Counted from the stretch's first letter, positions 11,311-25,780 are shown. The stretch is DNA of 64,000 bases from Octopus sinensis (GCF_006345805.1 NC_043009.1:50158001-50222000), one strand, 5' to 3'. Numbers and translations are program-made. The notes: generated by a model from the letters alone, not told the origin.

Positions 11311-14199
11311 AATTTGTAGTGTGATTCTTTTAGCATAAAAATATCTTATGTCTACTCCCTCACACACACATATCTCAAGAGATAACAGTTTATGATTAAT
11401 GAATATTCTTATTATATAGGAGTTAACTACCTCACATTTTGGCCACAGTTTCATTATACATACTCACCCATACATGTACATAACTTACTTCAATTGTATA
11501 ATTAAAAATTACCAAAAACTCAATAAAATGCAAAAGTCGACTATCAGTATCATCAATGCACATGCAATGCAGTGCCAATCAATATATGTGCATGTGTGTG
11601 TGTTTGTGTGAGGAAGTGCATATGTAGTGTTGTTCAGATTAGATCCCAAGACACCCCTGATAAAATGGGCCTATAATCCAAGGGGTTCCAGCTGCTGATG
11701 TCCTTTATGTTTAGAAATGTTGAGAGTTACATGAGTATTTTCCTTATTTAAGACAAGAGAATGTGATCTGAGAGAGGTTTGGTTATTATTTCTAGCATGC
11801 ATGTGGAGAGACTATGTAGAGAATCCCTCATTTGTTTGTGAAGTGTGTGTGGAGAGAGAGAGAAAGAGAAAGAGTAGGGAGACAGGGAGTGAGAGAGAAT
11901 AGGAGAGAGGGAGGGGGAGAGAGACTGCTTACCAACTACCAATGGATAAGAGTAAATTCAGAAGGTTTACCATTGTATCTTCCAGTTAGATTCAACAGCC
12001 TGAATTCTTCTGTGACATGACAAGTGACTAACTACTCTATACCACAGATCCATTGGTTCTATCTAACTAAAACACCTGTTTATCATTCTGTCTGTCACCA
12101 AATGATACATACTCAAAGACTGGCCTAATTGATCTTCAAGTACCAGATGCATGAGCTCTTTAAACTTAAAAGGACTAACGTAAATTGACAGAGATAGATT
12201 ATGTAGCAATTGTCATGATAGTTTTAAAATTCTCCTCTATGCATGTTCTATTTAGAAGCAGTAAAGCAGGGATTTAGAAACAGGATGGAGAATCCTGATA
12301 ATCCTGGTCTAACAATCAGTCATCAAACACCAATTCTAATTCTATCATGCCATTCTCAGAGTTGCAGTATACAGCAATTCAAGTTGATCCTAGGAGAAAA
12401 TTCTCAAGGTACAGACCTAAGATATATATATGGTGCTTGTTAATTTCTGAATAAATGTGAAGTGAAGTAAACCTGCCAAAGTGGATACATGACAATTGGT
12501 GTTTGTATATTTATCTCAGTTAATTTAACTGACATTTGTCAGTGTTTACCAATCCTCTATTCATATGTATATGGGGCATAGAAAAATCCACAAGTCCACA
12601 TGTGTCAGTATACATGAAAGAGGAAGCAGATAGCTAGTCATCAACAGAATATGTCATCTGCACTACTGCACTACATGAGCACTCAAAATCCATGTCACTT
12701 GGTGCAACATGGAAGCACTTACAACATATGTCAACTGATGCATAACATATGCACTCATTGACAATAGATTGGCACATTATTCACTGTATCTGCATTGAAC
12801 ACTGTATCTGCATTGAACAAAATTTCACAAATTTAATTAATTAATTCATTTTAAACATGTCCTCTTGGATGTCTTTTTTCAGGAAGTGAGGGGTGAAGGT
12901 CAGATGAAAGACCACATACAATACCAACAACGATAATAATAATATTAGTAACAACAAAAAATACTTTTTAAATAAATAAATGATACTTAAATTAAAATAA
13001 TTGAGAGAATAAACTTCAAACAGTATCTATATAGGTATGTATAAATTAGAAACTATAATAACAGCTATTTAATTGAATCGGAAAATTTATTTTATAGACA
13101 ATAACATATTTTAATTTTGCATTCCACCATTTTTCGAAAAAAGATATTATAAATTGTATCGATATGAATTTGTATATTTATAGTACATATATTCAACTAG
13201 TATTAATAAATGAGAAGGAAAAAAGGTAAATGTAAAAATGTAATTATGAGATTGAAAATCAAAATAGTCATATTTGATTTCATATTTTATGGGTGCTCAG
13301 CTGGTAACTCCACTTAACTGTATATAGCTCATTTGCTTAATTCATTAAGAAAACATATTAATATTGTAATAACTATTTTTGAAATAATGGACAATAGGTC
13401 GATAAATTTATTTATTTATTTATTTATTTATTTATTCATTCAGTTTGTAAACATAAATAAAAACAATAATTATCACAATGGTAAGATATCAAACATCAGA
13501 GAATTAACTTGCCCACAACCAACACATAATTATAATTTTCACAAATACAGAGAAGCCTATATTCAGACATCAAAAGTTTGTGCATATGAGTAAAAGAGAA
13601 AAAGAGAGGAAACCAGGAGAGAGAGAGGGGGGGAGAGACAGAGTGCATGTATCTGTATGTATATGTACACACATACAGATGTATAAATACATATACACAG
13701 ACACACTCAGGCACACTCGCACACATATATATATATATATACATGCATGAGTGTATATATATCTATATATTATGCATATATGTGTATGTATATAAATACA
13801 AAGTTATATATTTATAAATATATGCACATAAATATGTGTATACACACATGTGCATAGCTATATATAAATGCATACATGCATATAAGCACACACGCACATA
13901 TATAGTATGTACACATACATAATTATACATAGACATGTATATACATATATATATACACACAGATGCATGTACATAAATATTTATATACACAAAAGTGTGT
14001 ATATATATATACATATATATAACAGAAAACAAACATAAATGTGTATGTATATATATATATAAAAGACAACAAACATAAATATGTATATATACATATAGAC
14101 ATAAACATATAATTATATACATCTAGACAAATATAAACACACACATGTATTTCTATATACACATGCATGTGTGTATAATTCTGTTTGACTGCATGCATG

Positions 14200-14240
<41 letters not shown>

Positions 14241-14622
14241 TGTGTAGTGTGTGTGTGTGTAGTGTATGTGTATAGTGTGTGAGAGTATGTGTACACATAC
14301 ACACACATAAATAGCTAATATGACTTTAATAGCACCTCATTATTTTTAGTGTCACATCATGCTAATTTCAGCTCAATAAAATCATAACATTCAATGGACA
14401 ACAACAATATTCTGAAAAGCAGTTGCTTAATAAATAAACTTTGTAGTAATCTAATGAAAAACAATAATGAACAATAACCATAATGTGTGTGTCTTGAAAT
14501 GTCTTCTAATTTGACAGCTATACAAGATAAAAACCTTGTGCGCCTACCACTGACTGTATCAAATTATTATGCATCGCACAGTAGCAATTACGAAACAGAG
14601 GGAAAGAGAGAAAGCTTTTTAC

Positions 14623-14700
14623 GCTGACAGTTGCTTCTCCTTTTGGTCACATAGATATCTTCCAGATGTCTTCAGGTGCACAATATTAAATGGTGTGGAA
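14623..14700 (-). other. Candidate 78-nt exon (STPFNIVHLKTSGRYLCDQKEKQLS)
   Basis: Acceptor ATTTCATTTTTAG, weak donor AGC|GTAAAA, one open frame, phase 2-2 symmetric. No recognised homology. Confidence 0.25.
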
Positions 14701-15082
14701 CTAAAAATGAAATCAAGGAATGCTTGACAACTCTATCTTATTATCAGAGGGCCAATAATAAAATAATGATTCTGAAAGCTCAAATATAATATGAGAGAAA
14801 GCAAGAGTGTGTGTGGGGTCGTGGAGGGAGGGAGAGAGAGAGGGGGGATAGAGAGAAGGAGAGAGAGAACGAAAATGAAAGAATCTTAAAGGGAAAAAAT
14901 GATGTACATTGGAAGTAAAGGAATGAAGTATGATAAAGTGTTATTCGAGACAATTATACGTATATATGCATGTATGTATATGTGTATGTATGTCTGTATG
15001 TTATATTATACCTAAGCATAATGGAAGATACTGCTTAACACATGAATAATTTATTAATATTATATACATACATACATACATT

Positions 15083-15139
<57 letters not shown>

Positions 15140-15168
15140 TTATATATGTATATATATATATATATTTC

Positions 15169-15256
<88 letters not shown>

Positions 15257-17339
15257 TGTATATACACTCATTACATATAAAACATACATGTGTATGTAAA
15301 GCTCTGTGTGTGTGTGTGTATGTGCCTATACACATACACACACAAATAAAACACATACACATATGCATATATACCTGATGTGATTCATATTAGGTCTCTA
15401 AATTATATTTTGTTATCCTTATTAATATTAAACTTAGCAGAGATTGTTGGGGAGAGATTTCTTCGATTCAGTAATTTTCTCTGTTCACATTAGTTTACTG
15501 ATAGATTGAAATCCCAAGACACTAAATGACTTTACGAAATTAACACACACACGAAACCATTTCTAGAGATTCTGACATAAAGGGAAAATTACCGTGTATG
15601 GTAATGCTTATCATATATCTTCTTCAAAAACGCTTAACTGTCAGTTACTTATATAGAAAGGCTCTCTGGGAAAGGGATTAACCCATAGCCTAGGATGCAT
15701 TCAGTTTTCTTACACAAGCATATCTTGATTGCTAAGCTGTTTCAGAAGTTTGTATTTTGTATTATAAATTTCCCAGGAGAAGTATAATCCCGGTGTGTGT
15801 GAATTGAAAGAAATCAGGTGGTAGTTTTAATAATTTCTCTTCCATTTTTAATTACTTGCTGAAAATTGAAAATTTAAATAGAGAGTAAAACAACAACACA
15901 TACAAGTAAAAACACAACAGAATTGCTATACTTTCATTTATTCAATGATTTAATTACCAATGCCTTTTGAAGATTCTTAATGGATTTTACTTAACCTTTA
16001 CATTTCAAACCATTCTCTCAAGACACCAATTTGCTGGTAATTTTGATTAAATATTTCAGCTAATCAGTCAATCAGAAATGCCAGACTGTTTGAACTTCAG
16101 TGTTAAGATAACTATTTAAGGTTTGTTTTATTCCTTTAATATCTATTTTATTTTTTGTTCTTGAAGAATAATTCAAATGATGCAAGATTAGCTTCACACA
16201 CGTAGGTAGGAGTGGCATGCTTGAAGCAAGTTGTCAGATGTAGATTAGTTATTGCATAGATAGCATTTTACTAAGTAACAAAAGTTTAAATACTTAAGCA
16301 GAGGTAGACTTACTCCAAACAGAAAGAAGAATAAGCTTAACAGGCGTCCGTTCTTTATTTATTGGTTTTTATACTCAAAGTCAAATTAAGCACCTGCTGA
16401 TTATGAAAGGTTACCAGCAGATATATGCAAAAGAGACAAGACTGACATGAAGAAGCAGTGTGAAGAGATATTGTGAAGTAGCTATGTAAAGTGGCATTAG
16501 TTATTAATGGAAGGTAGCTAAGGAAGTGGCAGATCAAAGAAAATAGTGGAAGTTGGTTGATCAGACCTTTAAACAGAGGGCATCACAAAGGGTCAATGAA
16601 CAAGGTGACATGCTGGAATGCAGACCTGTTGAATCTAATCCAATAAGGAAAAATGGACATTATGATGATGGTGAGGAAGAAGACAATATTAGCATTAGGC
16701 AAATAGTAATGATGGCATGACAATGACGATGATAACTGCAATGACTCAATGTCAATGATGATGTTGATAATAATAATGTTATCATGATAATGACCACAGC
16801 AATGTCAAGGATGGTGATGAGGGGAGAGGGAAGAAGAGGAAAAGCAGGAGGAGGAGGCAGATGAGGGGGAGGATGAGGCAGAAGAGGGGAGGAGGAGAAT
16901 GGTAGTGACAGTGATAACAATGATAACAAGAGTGTTTCTAAAATGAAAGGCACATTTTGAGTATAAAAACCAGAAATGATGTTTTTACAGAATGTGAGTG
17001 AAAAAGAGAATGAGAAACAGGTTGGTAATTGAGATAACACAAACAACACTTTAAATGGTGCCAGGCTGGAAATTAAAAGTTTCTGAAGAAATACTGCACA
17101 GCTTGATATACTCCAATAGTTAAATACCTCACTTGGTGACCAGAAATTATGGAATTATGGCATGATATAAGAAACATATATAGATTATTTTGGTTAAAGG
17201 ATCATATATTGATTATTTTGGTTAATAGGATCAATTACTCTAGAGGACTATCAATTCAAAGATGGCCAAACAGTCCCACTTGTCTGCCAAAAAGAGTATT
17301 GAACACTATGACATGGCTAGCTAACAATCTCAACACTAT

Positions 17340-17502
17340 CACCTGATCTGCTAGAAATAGCATTCAAATTCCCCACAAAGCTGAAAGCTTTTAAAGAAGG
17401 AAAGGATATATTGGGTAATGTGGTCTGAGAAAAATATAAGATAAAACACGTCTTTGATGAAACGTCTCCTGGTTCAGGGCTGACATAGCACTAAACAATA
17501 AC
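17340..17502 (+). mobile_element. Repeat family E copy
   Basis: CTGATCTGCTAGAAATAGC..GGTAATGTGGTC..TCAGGGCTGAC..CTAAACAATAAC. Confidence 0.6.
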
Positions 17503-19902
17503 ACCATCAAGTTACCTGTTCACACATCACAAAATTACAGCACCTGCTATTTAATTTGAAACATACACACACACACAAAGAGAATACAACGAACAATAAA
17601 AGTATAGAAAAGCAAATCACTTGTTGAGCAAAACATCTTCCAAGTGTCAAATATTCAGAAATCAAACCTTCCACTCAAAACACTTTAAATGCTGAAGGTA
17701 ATTTTAATCACAATGGTCTATAATTACCATTATTTACATTACACAACAATGCTGCCAAAAACCAAGGTTACTCTCTGAACTATTGAAATGCTCAAAGCAA
17801 CTACTGAATTTATATAAAAATTGTCTCAGAAATAAATTATTAAGAAGTCTCTGAGATCTGATAATAAAGTCGTAAACCAAAATATTGGCGTTAGTTTCAT
17901 TTTTAAAAGCTAATTATATTGTAATGGAGACGGAACTGAGAAAGTAATTGAGAAAGTAATAAAAGCAAAGTTCACAGACTTAAAGGTTTGTAATAAAATT
18001 AATATACTTTCTTTCTTTCTTTCTTTCTTTCTCTCTCTCTCATGCTATGTTTCTTTACTCTTTTCTCTTTTATTGTATATTGTATCCATCTTTCAAACAA
18101 CAATGACATTAACGTCAACGTAACCCCACCTCCAAACTTCTGTGAAAATTTTAAAAGAAATCCGATCGTAGAAAATCAAATACAGTGTTGATTCTGATCG
18201 TTGCGTGGGTGTCTAATATTTAGTAAATGGCAATGAAGAAAATGGTGATGATACAGTGAAGTGGGTGGACAATGTGGGGGAAAGTCATGAAGGCAATAAC
18301 AACAAAGAGAAAAGTCATGATGGCAAAGTTAGATCATAGACATTGATGGCAAATATAGGATCATGGTGGTAAAGACAGAGCGATTAGTGGTAGAGACAAA
18401 ATTACTGCAGCAAAAAAAGTATTGGTCATGTTGGAAAAAGAAGAAAACATAGTGGCAAAGAAGTTATAATGTTCAAGTGGCAAAAATCTGACTCACAATG
18501 ACAAAAAATGAGTCATCATGATGCAGAGCAACTCACAGGAGCAAAGAGGGAGTCTCAACTTTAAAGACTAGCCCCTTTGTCAAAGAACAGAACCACTAAT
18601 TTTAAAGAAGATGCTGCTATGCCACGAAGGCAACAATAGTAACAGGGAAATTGAAACTGATATCAGAAAGAAGACACTAATGATGCATTGTAATTTAGTG
18701 CTAAACCAGCCCCAAATTCTTCAGTTTTCTCTCTACCTAGAGACCTTTTACAAACTCTGCAATTAGCTCTGTACAGTGATATCAAAAACAGCCTGACAAC
18801 AATTTTCTTAGTTTGCATATTTTCTCTGTTTTAAGTCTGTATCATCAGTTTTACATATGTTCTTCATTTTCGTATGGGCTGGGGGTGGGAGTCTAAACAG
18901 GGTCCAACAAGTCAGAGGAACAAGTTTTGCTCTGGTTTCTCAGTTTTGAGAGTTTTTACAACTGCCTATCTTAACCATTTTGCAAAGTTTGCTGGGTGCT
19001 TTTTGTGTGGCCCAGCACCAGTGAGGTTGCCTTATAACTTGCAAGACTAAAGAGTCCCTTTCACTGAGAGAAAGAATAGGAGATAAGGTAGTCCCTTTAT
19101 GCACAGGAGGAATGGAGACATGTTTGGTGTGGATAAAATTCATAGTTATCCCACATTTTACATGGATGGATGGGGTGGTTGAAGTGGTGCCATAAAGAGG
19201 AGTTAAAAGGTAATAACAAAATGCCAGAACATACTCTCAAGCTGACGTGTCCAAGACAGTGTTTAGAAGACAGCAAGGAAACAGAAAAAATAAGCAGAGG
19301 CTGCAAGAGTGTAAGGGTAAGAGATGGATATAAGCATGGGGTGGAGATAGCTTGATGTATATAAGAGGTGAATATAGAGAATAGTGAACTGAGATGGGGG
19401 GGGATTGAAGGTAAGTATGAGTAGGTTGATGAAAAGAATGATGCACAAGTCTCAAATGAGAGAAACTTAGAGAAGAGAGAGTGGTAACAAAGAAATGTTT
19501 TGTAGTAGCAAGTTCTAATTCCAGCACTTACAGCAGCAGAATAATAAGTAGACAGAAGAGTGATGGATGGATTAAGTGACAGGGAGATAATGAGTGGGGT
19601 TGAAGGGTGTAAGAGTGTGGGGAGAGAGTAAGGGATGGAGAAAAAAGGTAAATATGAGTGAGATGGTGACAGGCTTGTGGGAAGGAGCCAGTGGTCTAGG
19701 TGAGGGAAAAGGGAAAAGAAAAAAACATTGGTTTCAATTTTGTCTTTCGGAAGAGGATAACCACCCATAAATATTTTAGGTTCCTAGCTGTAGACATTAT
19801 TATTAATAATCTAATTTCAATTAATAATATTTTTCAACCTCTGAGTGAAAGAGAGGAGGAAAAGGAGAGAGAGAGAATAACAAATAACAATTTACTTTCC
19901 TA

Positions 19903-20027
19903 CCTGGGAGTAAACTGAAATTCCATTTGCAACAAAGCTCTAAGAATATCAGTGACAGATACAACATAGAGTAAAGCTTTATAATATTTCTTAAACATGA
20001 TTTAGCTTTGTGTTTGACTTGTTTAAC
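19903..20027 (-). other. Candidate 125-nt exon, possibly containing a start codon (MFKKYYKALLYVVSVTDILRALLQMEFQFTP)
   Basis: Acceptor TTTGAACTTTTGCAG|G, donor CAG|GTAGGA; ATG preceded by an in-frame stop; ends in phase 2, compatible with 14700-14623. Confidence 0.3.
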
Positions 20028-20570
20028 CTGCAAAAGTTCAAACCAAATATCATTTGTGCTTACGTAGCTAGTCTAGAATAGATTGCATGGATTTCTGTGC
20101 ATTTTATTTTGTTAAAAAAAAAAAAGAAAAAAAATTGAAAACTAAGGAATCAAGGTAAGTGGATGATGTTAGTACAATTATGATAAAGATTTAGGCATTT
20201 CTCAACTCAGAAAGTGGTAAAGGAATTTGAATTCAAATAAGTGTGATGGAGCCTGTATTTAAATAACAGTAAATGGGCTTGAATTCAAAGGAAACCTTAA
20301 CCAAAAAGAACAAAAGACAAAAAAAAAGACAAAGCAAAATCTTATATAAGTATCATAAAGATGGTAAATTTCTTTATATGAGCTCAAACGTACATATATA
20401 TATGTGTTTAGTTTGACAGGAGTGTGTAATTTGATATGAATATGTTTGAACAATTTATGCATGTGTCTATGTATCTGAACACTTTCATTTGAGGCTGTAC
20501 CACTGAATATGTGGTAGGGAAAGGCTGGGTGGTGTTGTAATGTGAACTCTCCCATGGTCTTTTCATGTAG

Positions 20571-20607
<37 letters not shown>

Positions 20608-21034
20608 TAGGAAGAGAAATCACCTGTAATATTTAACTGCTATACTATATTATCACCCCTGAAGAAATAGAAGGCAAGGCTGGCTTCAGCAAGATTTGAA
20701 CTTAGAGTGCCAAAAGCTTAAACAAAAACTGTTCAGTGTCCAGTCCATGGCTCTAATGACACTATCAATTTGTCATCTGTGTTTCAATGACATCTATGCT
20801 AAGCGTCTTAAGCACATTGCATGTGTATGTCAGCATGCAAAAATGTATGTACATCCTCCAAAGTTTATGTTAGTAGGAGCATGCATAGTCATACATACAT
20901 GTGTGCATTCACATGCATATTGATACATATACACACATATACACATGTACACACACACACACAACATGTGTACATGAGTATATATATATATTTATTTATT
21001 TATTTTTTTATTTATTTATTTTTTTAAAATTTCA

Positions 21035-21074
21035 TCTAGTTTCAGCTCACGAGCTGTGGCCATGCTGGGGCACC

Positions 21075-21078
<4 letters not shown>
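21035..21078 (-). mobile_element. SINE 3' tail fragment abutting (TA)n
   Basis: CTAGTTTCAGCTCACGAGCTGTGGCCATGCTGGGGCACCGCC; same tail at 50600-50642. Confidence 0.75.
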
Positions 21079-21119
<41 letters not shown>

Positions 21120-23193
21120 GTGTATATATGTATACATATAAATACACCTGTAAATACACACATTTATACATATGCACACACGAATGAGTATTAACGTGTG
21201 TAGTGATAAAAGGGAGCGAAAAACAAATTCCAATAATAAAACAACATGCAACAGGAACCAGACTGACAGGAGTTGGCCCATGACCAATTAAGAAAGGGAT
21301 TGGAAATGTCACAAGGTGTTTGAAAACTAATTAGACATGTTCAATGTTTGTTATCTTTTCAGTATATAATGAAAATAAATAAAAATATAAAACAAAGTAA
21401 AATGTTTAGGGAAAAAGTATTTATTAGTTGGATTTTTAATATATTTTTAAAAGGAGCGGGGGAAAAAAAATAGTCAAAATTTTCAAAATATCCCCCAATG
21501 GAACTGTCAAAATGAAGGATGTGGTGATGGAGGATGAAGAACTGTAGAAGAATATAGGGAAGAGCAATAGCAGATATTATAGAAGAGGATTAAAGAAGGT
21601 GATAGAAGCAAATGAATAATGGGATATAAGAATGAGATAGCAGAAGGTAGTCTGTAGAGGAAGAAAGAAAGAAAAGAAGGTGGAAAAATACAGAAAAACA
21701 GAGTAGAATAAGATAGATGGTAGATAGTAAAAATGTAAGATAGATGAAGAAAAAGATAAAGAAGATAGAAGGTGATAGAAGATAAAAGATACAAGAAAGA
21801 AGAAAGAAAAGCAACAGCAACAAGGGAGATAGGGGATACAATTGGCAGATGATGATGGAAGAAAATGATAAATAATAATAATGATATAGAAAAGAGAAAG
21901 TGAAAGTAAGGAAAATTAAATTCAGATTTTAAAACATTAAAAATAAATGCAAGAAATTATCTCTCACTCTGTCTAACTGTGTCTGTCTGTCTGTCTTCCT
22001 CTCTCTCTCTCTCTCTCTCTCTATCACTTGTTCTCTCACTCTTTATTTCTTTCATTTCAAAAATGCAAAAATCCTTAATTGCACAGAATCTCCCTAGCAC
22101 TGCTTATCATGAGAAAACTGATTGCTATTGCATTTAAAGCCGACAATCCACCATTCCAAGACATCTCATTAATTCTGCTTCCTTCATTGCCAGCCCTCCC
22201 TGGGTGATTTCAGCAGAAATTCCCAAAAGTCCACTTGTTGATCACCCAACCTTCCTCCACCTGCCTCTAGCTCTGCATGGGGTTTTATTATGCATTTCAT
22301 GTGAGGAATACCTAAAAATACTTAATTGCAAATAAGATTCTCTCGACTTCCCCCTTCCCACCCCACCCCCTCTCTCTCTCTCTCGCTCTCTCCACACACA
22401 AACAATATAGCAATATGTATATACATATATAATGCATGCACATGTATACACACAGACACATAAACACACAAATGTACACAATCAGTCTCACACACACACA
22501 CTTATTCACAGTGACTTTTTCATACTCGGCCACAATTTTACAAGCCACTACAGTGAGATACATACCAAAATGCAAATATTTACTAACACGCATATACAGA
22601 CCTTCATGCGAGCAATTATAAAAATACCCAAGTGTATGAATGCTTTTGTGTACGCATTTTGATCTTAAAATTAAAGAAAAAGCAGAGGATACATTAAAAA
22701 AAATAAAGAGTTTATTCATTTCTTAGAAGCTCTGAGTTCATCCTATCACCAGTTTGAATTTATTACTTCCATTCTTTAGTCATTGTGAAGAATGAACAAG
22801 GAAACTCAGAGTAGTGATAGAATGACAAAGCTTCAGTTTCATGTGTGAGTGTATGCATGTGTGTGTGTATGTGTGTCTGTGTGTGTAGTTAACATTTGTT
22901 TAAATGTTCCTCTTGAGTATCATGATGTGTATAAAAGTAATTATTTGGACTTTGTGTACGCAGTTAGTAGTAACAACCTACTGGCAACAACAACAAGCCA
23001 AGTAAAACCAAGTATATTTAGTGAGGCAGCTTATCTAAAACAAGACACCCGACGAGATGCATTCTGCACCAGAGGATGCAACACAACCAGTAGTACAGTA
23101 TCCCACCCTGAAGTGACCAATGCTGGATAGGTCAAAACGATCATTGCGATGAATAAAGATTCTTGTGAACTCCATTTTCTGTTTCCCTCATTC

Positions 23194-23276
<83 letters not shown>

Positions 23277-23277
<1 letters not shown>

Positions 23278-23374
23278 AAACTCACCTCGGCAGAATTTGA
23301 ACTCAAAATATAAAGACAGACGAAATTCCATGAAGCATTTTGCCAAGTGTGCTAATGATTCTGCCAGCTTGCTG

Positions 23375-23376
<2 letters not shown>
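23277..23376 (-). mobile_element. SINE B head fragment between (TA)n and (CA)n
   Basis: Reverse complement reads GGCAGCAAGCTGGCAGAATCATTAGCAC..GAGTTCAAATTCTGCCGAGG. Confidence 0.85.
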
Positions 23377-23411
<35 letters not shown>

Positions 23412-23414
<3 letters not shown>

Positions 23415-23526
23415 ATCATCATCATTTTATGTCCGTTTTCACTGCTGGCATGGGTTGGACTGTTTTACTGAGGACTAGCAAACCAGAAGGCTGTACCACG
23501 CTCCATTCTGATCTGGCAAGGTTTCT
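23412..23526 (-). mobile_element. RTE-type LINE 3' tail fragment
   Basis: (CAT)n..GTCCGTTTTCACTGCTGGCATGGGTTGGAC, shared with other RTE ends in the window. Confidence 0.7.
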
Positions 23527-23623
23527 TACATCTCTCTCTATATATATTATGCATTCATATTTTAAGAAGCTGGTTATTCAGTTACCATAATACATATATT
23601 TGCTAATAATATTTCAGGGCTTG

Positions 23624-23865
23624 AAGGCGGTGAGCTGGCAGAATCATTAGCACACTAGGCAAAATGCTTAGCAACATTTTGTTCATCTTCATGTTCTGAG
23701 ATCAAATTCCAATAGGGTCGAATTTGCTTGTCATCTTTTGGGGTGGAAATTTCCTATCATCTCTCCAGGGGTTGATAAAATAAGTACCAGTTGAACACTG
23801 GGGTCGATTTAATCGACTTGCCCTCCACCCACCAAACCTGCTGGCCTTCAGCCAGAATTTGCAGT
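23624..23865 (+). mobile_element. SINE family B copy
   Basis: AAGGCGGTGAGCTGGCAGAATCATTAGCAC..GGGTTGATAAAATAAGTACCAGTTGAACACTGGGGTCGAT. Confidence 0.85.
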
Positions 23866-25780
23866 CAACATTTCAAGTCTTCACATACAGTAATATATAA
23901 TGGGAATTATATCAAAAAAGCAACAAATTTCACAAGTTTTCATTTTACTCCATGCATTGTTCTGCATCAGATCATATTTTCCCTCTGTATCATTCAACTA
24001 CTACCTTAATTGAATAATATTCTTAAGGCTGCAATTTACTCACATGTAGCATCTTTCAGAGCTTGTTGCTAGTTCAGTGCTTAACCAAATTGAAAACTGT
24101 TAGCATTTTTGAAGAGGGCTTGTCTCTAGCTACATTTTGGCATTAAAAAAATTGAAATTTGATCCAGTAGAAAAAAGTTTACATCAAAATTTGTAGCAAC
24201 GTCATAGGAGAGTAAGTAACACCATCAATCAGGTTTAGATCCAAATAACTTTTGTATCTTAAAAGCAAAATATATTTATCTTAGCTTCAGTGATAGAAGA
24301 AAGCATGAAGAATTTAATAGTTTTGGTCTCACGCAACAAAAATTTGTATCAAAAACGTTGTGAGGTAAACTATAATGAAAAAAAATATAAGTAAGGCAAA
24401 AAATTGGATTTAAATATAATTAACTTTTTATTCTAAAAACAAACTATATTTCAATTAAGTTTAAGTGATAGAGCTCAATTCAAGAAATGTCATGGTATCA
24501 ATCTCATGCAATGAAGTTTTAAAAGAAAAAAGTTATGAGTGTTTGTTTCTCAAATTTGAGGATGATAATATAGTTCTATGCTTTTTTTATGAATATAGTT
24601 CTATAAGGGGACTTTTATATATAACACCAGCGTCATTGAGGTAAGGAAAAAATTATCAATGACACCGTTAATTGACACATTTGACACATTATTAATCAGC
24701 ATAATAGCAAAGCCTGGAAAAATCACGGATTACATGGGAAAATGCAAGGAAGAGCATAAAACTATTGGTAGGATATTTTGGCTGGATTTGGCTGGTTTAA
24801 ATAAACTGACTTAGCATTCAACAAATTGTGACAAGACTGAAAATTTGGAGGACATATGTAAATAATATGATAGGCTTCTATGTAATTTCCGTCTACCCAA
24901 TTTTTACTTGAAAAAATTTGGAACAACATTGGAATATGGTAAAAGAGGCTTGCCCAAAATGCCCTGCAGTAGGATCAAACCCAGAATAACAATCATTGTG
25001 TGTATGTGTGTCTGTAGGTCGATATTTGTTTTTCCATATATCATCTGATGCTCCTGGACATCTTATCGGTGATGTTTCCTGGAATCATTGGCTGTTTTGG
25101 GTCTTTCACTCTCACCTGACTTGTCTCTAGTTAGCATTAACCCAGATATGAATGTCTATGATAATATACATATATGTACACGCATGCATGCACACATACG
25201 CACACACACACATTCACATACATACACACTTACCAAAATAGGGATTTACCCACTTTCAGATAGAAGCCCTCATTTTTCTACACTTCTATGTCAGTTTGTC
25301 TATACATGTGTACAGACAACCTGACATGCACAAACACACATGCATACACATATATACATACACTCATACATATTGATATATTTCATGACAAAATATACAC
25401 ACAAAAGCAAGACAATTATATTTGCTGTAATAAATAGCTAAACAAATATATTGCTATATTTAGAGGATTTTAAAAAATTACTTATTAATTATTGACAAAT
25501 GCTTGTCGATAATATTAGGAAAATCCTTTCAAAAACCACTCACATACACACAATGTGTTTTCTGTGTGTGCATGAGTAAGGCAGGGGCTGTATCAGTGAA
25601 TTGCAATATGAAATTTATTGAATTCCCCCACCCACACATGCAAAAAAAAAGAGAATAAATAATAAATAACTATATTTTAGGAAAGAAGAAGTAAAGAAAG
25701 GTAATATAAACCTTGCAAGCTGCTGTATTGGCAAGCGGATTAGGAGGTGAACAGAAACACTAATACAAGACAGAGAAGAG

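Noticed and set aside
15593-16393. Two minus-strand exon-like segments (15858-15593 and 16393-16314) with good splice sites
   Set aside because: Stops in all three frames. They could be UTR or lncRNA exons, but such sites are frequent by chance.
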